Part shown: piece by piece, positions 54,790 through 64,000 of the stretch | Layout: each line of letters starts with the position of its first letter | Position numbering within the stretch: position 1 is the stretch's first letter | Source: the human T2T-CHM13v2.0 reference genome, Homo sapiens | Strand: one strand, 5' to 3' | Length of the DNA: 64,000 nt | NCBI RefSeq assembly: GCF_009914755.1 | Contig: NC_060930.1 | Program-made: the position numbers and the translations under genes | The notes under the pieces: generated by a model | The model's input: the letters and a program-made list of their open reading frames with translations, nothing else | Databases searched by the model: none | Told to the model about the DNA's origin: nothing

Positions 54790-55275
54790 CAGTTAAAAAC
54801 GTGGGCTTGGTGTGAGAAGATTGCTCCACGAATTTCGAACTCTGTGACCTTGAACAGGTCCAAGATTCTCACCTTCTAAATCAGCTTGACTTCACCGGGC
54901 AGCTGGGAAGATTTAATGAGGTAGAAATGCCTAACGTGCCCAACATGGTGCCTGCCATTTGTGCTTCAGGAGTAATTCGTAAGAATGCACCGGTGGATCT
55001 TTCCCTGGTGCCGTGAGAGGCTTTTGGATATATTCTTTAAATCTCAGCTGCAGGTGCTCTCCTTAGCATAGCGTAGCGTTTATACCAGACCCTGGTTCCG
55101 CCACTAACCAGCTGTGCAATCTTGGAAATCCTACTAATTTCCAGACTTTCAGTTTCCTCATCTGTGCAGCAACTAGAATAATGGTACCTACTGATGTGAG
55201 AATGAAATGAAATAATATATGTAAAACATTTAGAGATTGGCACAGAGGTGCTATCTGTGGATTAGCCATTATCCT
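54790..55275 (+). mobile_element. Two MIR fragments (~54790-54990 and ~55060-55275)
   Basis: Contains ctgtgaccttgaacagg and cgccactaaccagctgtgcaatcttgg...tcagtttcctcatctgt...gtgagaatgaaatgaaataatatatgtaaaac. Confidence 0.75.
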
Positions 55276-55442
55276 ATTGTCTGTGGATAAATTCTGCTTT
55301 GCCCCACACATAGTTTGTTTTTTAGCATAATTTCCCAAATAAACTACTAATGATTCAGAGAATTAGGCCTGTAGATCTCCATTTTCTCAACTTGTTTCAC
55401 TTTTTAATTAAAAAATTAACTCTATAAAAAAGATCAGACCAA

Positions 55443-55782
<340 letters not shown>

Positions 55783-56994
55783 TCAATAATAAAGTGTTTA
55801 TAGGGAGAGGACTGATCCTACAGTTACTTGAAAACGCAGCTAATGAAAGGATTCGTAGAAGCAGAAACAGCTAGAGATTTTATGCTTTTTATTTTTCTGA
55901 TGCTTTGTTTAGTATAGTTTCTGTAATTCTGATAAAAGTTCTTTTAAAAACTCATTTAAATGTCTCTTTAACAGAGTGGGAGTTGCAAATGCTCTAATAA
56001 TTTTTACTACTTTCATATTTAAAAATAATATGCCCTCTAAACATTTACATTCAAGATTTGTTTCTCCTCGGATGGGTAAATAATGCATAGTAATTTGCAT
56101 CTCATGCATAAATCTCACTCTGCTGAATAAAAATATTCCAGAAGGTTCCTTCTCTTCTCTATTTTCCTGCTGATGGTAGTTTAGTTGAATAATATTTCTG
56201 GAGAAGTGGGAAAGGGGAGGGGCATTGGCGGTTAGAAAACTAATCTCTTATTACTGCTTTCTTGCAATCAGTGGTAGGGAATTCAGAACTGAATAACGAG
56301 ACCAGTCTTTTACAAGACGAATACAAATATTTCAAACTTTAATCGTTTCCCAGGTGAACACACTAAATACGTCTTTTGTTAGTGACGTGTAGATGCTGCC
56401 TGTGTGGGGATTTATCCAGAATGAATTTGCCCCTCAGGTTCCTTGCAGAACAATAGCAGCACAACTTAAATCAATTCCAATCCTCTGGTGCCCCAGAAAT
56501 AAGGCAGTCATCCAGCAAGCCCTGGGAGACTGAACGAGCCTCGCTGAGCCCGCTTCCTGGAATCCCAGGTCATCAGTGCTTCACGTCGCTGGGACATTGA
56601 GCTACAAGAGGCTCTCCTCGGTTCCGCATTGATCATGTTGTCTGGTTAAACTCTGAGGCTTGTTTTCTACTGTGAATTTCCCGCACCACTGGTTTCTTGT
56701 CTACTGATCATTTGCTGGGTCTCAGCCTGGTAAAAAGACATCTCGGGAGAGTCTCACGTCCATCATCAAATGTGACTAAAATATTGCAGTGAGTCATCTG
56801 CCCTTGGTACAACAGACTCTTTTCAGCAAATGTCTGGTAATATTTTGAATAAAAGATGCTGCACGAGAATAAATTGCAATGTTCTCTGCTTATGTTGCTA
56901 TTTACATGCCATCTCCTTCTACCATTAGGAATTTGTCTTATTTACCATTTAGTGTTTTCTTCATATAAAATATGCAAAATCTGGTTTCCTAAAA

Positions 56995-57770
56995 GCATTT
57001 ATTCAGTCTTGTTTTCTTCACTCATTCTCTAAAATTAATAAGTGTCCTTTGAGCACCTGCTCTGACTGGCGCTGTGTCAGGAAGTGAGAGGCACAGAGTA
57101 GGATCCGGTCTTCAGGAGAACGCTGACTTCTCCAAGGTGCAACACGTAGGTGTCAAACAGCTCAGTAACAGTGGCAGGCAGCACCCAGTGGACTACAAGC
57201 TGGTCCATGCTCTGAGACTGACTTGGAAGTGGAGAAATGTGTAGGGAATGGAGTAGTGAGAGAATCATAATAGATACTATGGTTAGAGAATAAAAGCAGA
57301 ATGATGTCAATAGCAGTTAGCACTGAGCGATTACTAAGTGCCACGTACTGTGCAAAGTACCTTGTGCATCTGAACTTGATGATCCCCATTGAATCTGTGA
57401 AGCAGGCATTGCTGTTACCACTCTCTAGATGAGAAGGGGGTTCACGGAGGAGGGTGAGATTGAGCAGAATTTTAGAGAAGTAGAATTCACAGTGGTGGTC
57501 AGAAGGCATTTCCTGTGGGGAGCTGTGAACAGCATCAGCAACGAGTTGGCACTGAGAGTGTCTGGGACAATCAGACCAGCCTGGCTAGACAGAGGGGCCC
57601 CGTTTGGGGAGTGATGGGAGAGGAGGTTAGGCAGGTGGTAGTTGAGTTGGATGAGTAAGACCTCATGGAGCTGGCTTAGGAACTTGGACTTTATCCTTTT
57701 GGCCTAGAGATTTTTGGGAGGTATTTGGGTGGGTACTGACAAAATATAAGGTTACATGCAGCCATCAAAT
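56995..57770 (-). mobile_element. L2 fragments with an inserted MIR (~57300-57460)
   Basis: L2-like tttgagcacctgctctg and aggaacttggactttatcct. MIR-like actgagcgattactaagtgccacgtactgtgcaaagtac. Confidence 0.6.
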
Positions 57771-57949
57771 GGTTCCACGGTGTAATACCTCAACTGAAAC
57801 ATTATTTTCACCATTGAATTAATTTTTATTAGGTTCCTGTCAGGGTCTGGGTAGTTTGTAGAGGCAGTAGTAAGTACTCTAGAGTTTACTGTACCTTGGA
57901 GTTCCAGTCCAGTTTTCCCAGAAAACTGACCTGGTGGCCCCTCTACCCC

Positions 57950-58089
57950 TTCACACCCCTCCAACACATGCACAGCTGTGCCTGCACACACACCCACATG
58001 TACCACATGCATGCACGCACCCACACATCCTCACACAAACACACCCACACTCACCCCCCCCACACACCCACACTCACCCACACTCATCC
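57950..58089. repeat. CA-rich low-complexity/degenerate microsatellite
   Basis: Runs of cacacacccacac. Confidence 0.85.
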
Positions 58090-58137
58090 ACAAGAGCCAA
58101 ACTGTCTCAAAAAAAAAAAAAAGAAAAAAAAAGAAAA
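58090..58137 (+). mobile_element. Isolated Alu 3' terminus plus A-tail
   Basis: acaagagccaaactgtctc followed by an A-rich tail resembles the AluSq/Sp end ACAAGAGCGAAACTCCGTCTC-A(n). Confidence 0.55.
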
Positions 58138-60325
58138 GGGGGGCATATACTGCTTTTCTCTGGACAATACAAAGGACTGGGACTTGGGTAGTGAAAGAGG
58201 GAAGTGGCCTTTACCTGTAATTGTTTTTTTTTTTAAAGTGGGGGCTATGTGAATATATTACTAATTTATTTTTTGAAGCGCAGACACAGGAAAGAGTCTA
58301 AAAGCAAATAAGAGTAAATGTAATATTTATTAACTCCGGTGGGAACTTGGGTGGCGATCATCAAATTGTAATTTATCAAAAATGTATTTTTATCCAAGGG
58401 CTCTGGTGTCGTTAAGAAGTATCTGCGTTTGTTCCATCCAGGGTTAACTGTCTTCTTGGAGGAGGGAGAAAGTCAGGAGAGAGTAAGATTCAGTTTCTGT
58501 CTGTTTGAAAGAAGCCTCTCTGAGACTGCATTCAATCAGGAATCACTGTAAATATTGACTCGAGTATTTTTAAAAGGAGTCATATGTTTATGGAGAGGAA
58601 ATGGCTGGCTGGTATGGATAAGTGCATGTTCTACTTTCTCGGGGCGCTGCGCCCTGGGGGAGCATCACTGAGACAACGTGCCAATTAACAGAACCACTGC
58701 CCATAGGTGGACGCCATCCAGTTTTCAGGCAGATGACCAAGGATTAATTGGCTGACCTGTACAGTGAGTCACACAAACCCAAACTTATCAGCTCTTGCGC
58801 CTGCTCTCGCTCCATTCTCAGTGTGGGCAGGAACAACCTGCTGTTTGCAGACTTCGATGCCCCTCCGCCCCAGCTAATTAGAGGCGAGCAGGTCACTAGC
58901 ACTCCAGGCCTCTGTTGCCCAGCAGATTTTACAGTGGATGGATTTGGCCTTGACCTGCTGCGGAAGCTTTAGAAACCCAAGACTCTCCTCTGGTCTGCAT
59001 TTATTTTCTGTCTCTCTGGATGGCCAAGATACTGCCTGCTCCTTTTGGCCTGAGTTGGATGCCTGTCCAGGGTCTCTTCCACCCCGTGAGGGCCCTGAGC
59101 CCTACAGAGTAGGCCTGGCTGCCCCCAAGTTGATGGGGCCAGCTCCCTGCTGTCTTCCTGCCTGGCCCACTACCTGGGGCCTAGGCTTGCTCCTGCTCTT
59201 GCTAGTCTTGTGTGGACCTTTCAGCTGATCTGGGTCAGGGCCAGGTGTCCCCTTATCTCTGCCTTATGACCAGCGTTAGAGTGGGGCCCTGACCTTGGAT
59301 GATTCGCTCTCCTGGACTCCTGATGTGTGACGTACGTAGGGAGGAATCTACCCTGTCCCTGTTTGCCCTGTTCTGTCAGCCTATTTGTCCATTCTCTTGT
59401 GTGGTGCTCACCATGGTCATGCCTCACATGAAACAAGCGTGTTACACATTGGACCCTGACTTCCATCTTCTTAGGAGTGAATTGGACAAAACCTGTTCAT
59501 TACTTACAATCATCACCAGCATTGTCTTTCTGAGTCTGTAGATAGAGAGTAGATGATGTTGGGAGCAGAAGGAGGAAAAGTTACCTTTCCATTACCATGA
59601 GAATCTAGTCCTCAGCCTTGCAAACTGGAATGTTACAAAGGGCTGGTGACTGTTACTGGGATTTAGGGTTATGCAGAATCATAAAATAGTAATAAGGCAT
59701 TTACTTTTTTTTGCTCAAACTTAAAAATAATACCTGTTAAATGGGAAGACAAATGCATATATACATATACATGTTTATAGATTCTATTAAAACTGATTTT
59801 CTTAAAACACAGAGTACAGTTAGTACTGTCAGAAGTAAGAGAAAACTTTATATTTCAGAGAAAATATTTTTTTCAGGGAAACTTTAATGCATAATAATTT
59901 TTGGTTGAAAGTAACTTCTTGGGGAAGACATTCTAATTCCTAGAGTTAATCATCATCATTACTGCTCTGATTTTTCCAAGGTTTCCAGAGTTTTATTCCT
60001 GTAACTCTTATGACTGTGTTGTTAGAATAGATTTTTCCATTTGTAAACAAGATGTACTTTTTGTTTCTTTATTAAGCATTTGGTAAATAATATTTTTAAC
60101 TTTAAGAGACTGCCCGTCTTGAAAGCCTTACCAACATTTCCATATCATCACCAACAGGCTTGGTCTGTGTCTTCCCTTCCTAATGAAAAACTCTGAGTCT
60201 TTTGTTGATTCCTGTTTGATTTGCATGACAAATCCCAGTTGCGGTTCATATATGGTCCTTCTGAAGAACAAAGTATGAAAGGCATTAATTTAAATAAATT
60301 TTGGTTTTGTAAAGCATGCTATTTT

Positions 60326-60663
60326 CATTTTTATTTATTTTTATTCTTATTTATTTATTTTTATTCATTTAATTTTTTAAGATGGGGTCTTGCTCTGTCA
60401 CCCAGGCTGGAGTGAGTGCAATGGTGCTATCTTGGCTCCCTGCAGCCTCCATCTCTGAGGCTCAATCAGTCCTCCCACCTTAGCCTCCTGAGCAGCTGGG
60501 ACTACAGGCGCACGCCACCACACCCAGCTAATTTTTGTATTTTTTGTAGAGACTGGATTTTTCCATGTTGCCAAGGCTGGTTTCAAACTCCTGGGCTCAA
60601 GCCATCCTCCTGCCTTAACCTCCCAAGTACTGGGATTACAGGTGTGAGCCACTGTGCCAGACC
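60326..60663 (-). mobile_element. AluJ with a (TTTA)n-type tail
   Basis: J-diagnostic text. TSD aagcatg(c/a)tatttt at 60312-60325 and 60664-60677. Confidence 0.95.
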
Positions 60664-60939
60664 AAGCATGATATTTTTAAATTGGAATACTTTGTGTGAG
60701 TTATGCACAAATGAGGGCTTTACAAAAACAATACTTGCAACACACCAGGTATTACCTATGAGATGCTTAATGCATCATCTTATTAGTGCAGTGTGAAGTT
60801 AAGGGTGCAGGTTTGATCTTTCTGCTGACAGATGAACAACAGCAGGACATGGATTTCCAAGCACTGACAGAAACACTGATGCTTGATTAAGCAAACTCCA
60901 TCGAGCATTATTTCTCTGTTTTCTAGAAAAGCAACTTTC

Positions 60940-61297
<358 letters not shown>

Positions 61298-62949
61298 TTA
61301 TTCTGATGATACAGAGAACACTATATATTTTCAATGGGTCTATCTTCTATTTTTGTATGGTTTAGCTGCAACTCATGTTTATGAATTTTTGCTTGTTTTC
61401 TCTGAATTAGAACCCCAATTTTATTACAAGTGGATTTGAATGGGATTCTATAGTTCCACTGTAGACAGATTCAAAAGAATGTGGCTGAAAGAGAGAGAGG
61501 TACACATAGGCTCCCCTTACTCTATTTGCTGTTGATTTCATTGCTTTATGCTCATTTAGCCTGTTTTAAATATGATTCATTAATGCGAGCTGCAACTGAA
61601 GTAAGTGCTCTGCTGTGCAAGTTGTTAGCCATGTTCATTGAACAGCGTTAGGTGTTTTCTACCCCAAAGGAAGCTAAATTCTGTCGTTGCCGTGTCTAGC
61701 TCTTACTGAGAAAGTTTGCAGACATCCGTGAGCTCCGTAATCAAACTCTCTTCTGTACTCACTGATGGGTAGTAATTACATTTTTGTGGGATGGCAAGAT
61801 ACAACCTGTGAGAACTCAGGTTAATTATATTTTTTCTGCTGTGTTCTCTAATAACACCAGTGTTTTAGTCACCGCAACCTTTTTATGTGAGAGGTCCTTT
61901 GAGACTTGAAATTGGCAACAAGAAAATAACCTGTCTTCTTTTCAACAATAATTGTGGAGATCATGTAGAATAAAGGCGTGGCCCAAAAAGGGCAGCCTGG
62001 GCCTCGCAGCGACCCTTCCCATAGTGGTCTTATTCTCAGAGAGTCTGCACCGTAGCATCGACGACATTGATAACATGTCCTCATTTAGTTCCCCTTCTTA
62101 ATGATAATCTGGAAATCTTACATGCCTAAAACCAAGCCTAATGGATTGTCAAGAAGCTGCAATAATGTCATTTTATTCCATTATTATAATTTGTTTTCAG
62201 GAGGCATATTTTTAATTATTTGCATGAATAATATCATTATGTATTCATGCCAATACAATTCTGATAATTAATTTACATGATGGAAATTTCTTAATGATTT
62301 TGATGTCAGTGTTAATAGCAACATCTGATAGTCAATATACGGATGTTGACATAAATTTGACTTTTAATATATTGTTGCCAACACCAGCAGCAGTATAAAA
62401 TTACTTCGCAAGGAAAGGAAAAAATCCAGTGGGGAAGAACTTCAATGAAAAAGAAAGCGAACCTTGCCCGGGGTTCATGGGCCCAGAACAAAATCCATGC
62501 ACTCGGATGTGACAAGTGACTTACTTGGACATAGACTGGTGCAAATGAGCCTGTCAAAAGTTCGTAGCTTCCTATGAAAAGAGATTGCTGTGAAAATATA
62601 GTTATCTGCTGGAAGAAGTGACTCTTGCAGCTACTTGTTTTTGTTTTCGTATATTTGTTAAGTCTCTTGAAAAGTTTTTGATGCCTTTTGTGTGCTACTT
62701 TTGTATTTTGTCTTTGATTGCTAATTTACATTTTCTAAAAAAACTTTAATGGAAAATGATGTGCCCTTGTTATTTCAATTTACAGAACAAAAAACATTGT
62801 GTGTCCAAGAAAATGTCTACTTTCATCTGTTTCAGTCAGTTAAATGGCTGAGGTGCTAAACTCCCTTATGGGAGAATAGACCCTTTTAATTATGTTATCT
62901 TCCCCTCAGGTAACCCACGTAGGAGGACTCTACAGAAAAGACACTCTTC

Positions 62950-63763
<814 letters not shown>

Positions 63764-64000
63764 TAGTTTTAAATCACTGGATTTTACAGGTCTTCTATTT
63801 TTCAAGTGGAGCACACTCTAAAATTCTGATTGAGCAGGTCCTCTGTCCTGTCTGATGCACCTGTTTCTAGGGGCTCACGCTTCTCATACAAAGTAAGGCA
63901 CCTTCTTCCCTAACCCCTAATGTGGCATTTGCACCATGTGAAATGCTCAGGACTATGTAATAGATGAAGCCCCACTGCTTTTGATTCATTTAAAGTCACG

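Noticed and set aside
58600-58640. Y-RNA-like start ggctggt...
   Set aside because: Similarity ends after about 7 nt, with no Y RNA stem or terminator.
62890-62916. Recursive splice site-like cttcccctcag|gtaacc
   Set aside because: Weak donor, unknown host gene and strand, and a common chance motif.

Overview
Primate (probably human or another hominoid) non-coding genomic DNA, intronic or intergenic. I see no recognisable protein-coding gene, RNA gene or CRISPR array, and I could not identify the locus. Very roughly half of the window is interspersed repeat: about 15 Alus (J, S and Y), three 5'-truncated L1PA insertions with target-site duplications (TSDs), several old L1M, L2 and MIR fragments, about 10 solo LTRs (MER4-family x2, THE1D, MER41B, MER50, MER34-like, MLT1C, MLT1-like, MSTD, LTR33/MLT1-like) and hAT-family MITEs (MER5A, MER45A, MER53, MER63 and others). 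A ~740-bp minisatellite with an 18-19 bp unit opens the window. The only ORFs with real protein homology are broken L1 ORF2p C-terminal remnants; the rest are repeat-derived or chance ORFs. I found no convincing new biological system. The most interesting signals are: a MER41B LTR with both tandem GAS (STAT1) motifs intact; an L1PA4-like insertion carrying a 26-bp 3' transduction; an Alu with a fold-back inversion at its 5' junction; a TSD-less chimeric AluS/AluJ; a CpG-rich block with STAT, TEAD and CTCF-like motifs; and a minisatellite that multimerises a POU (Pit-1-type) site with a nuclear-receptor half-site. Repeat subfamily calls come from remembered consensus sequences and need RepeatMasker/Dfam confirmation. 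Boundaries of old elements are approximate.
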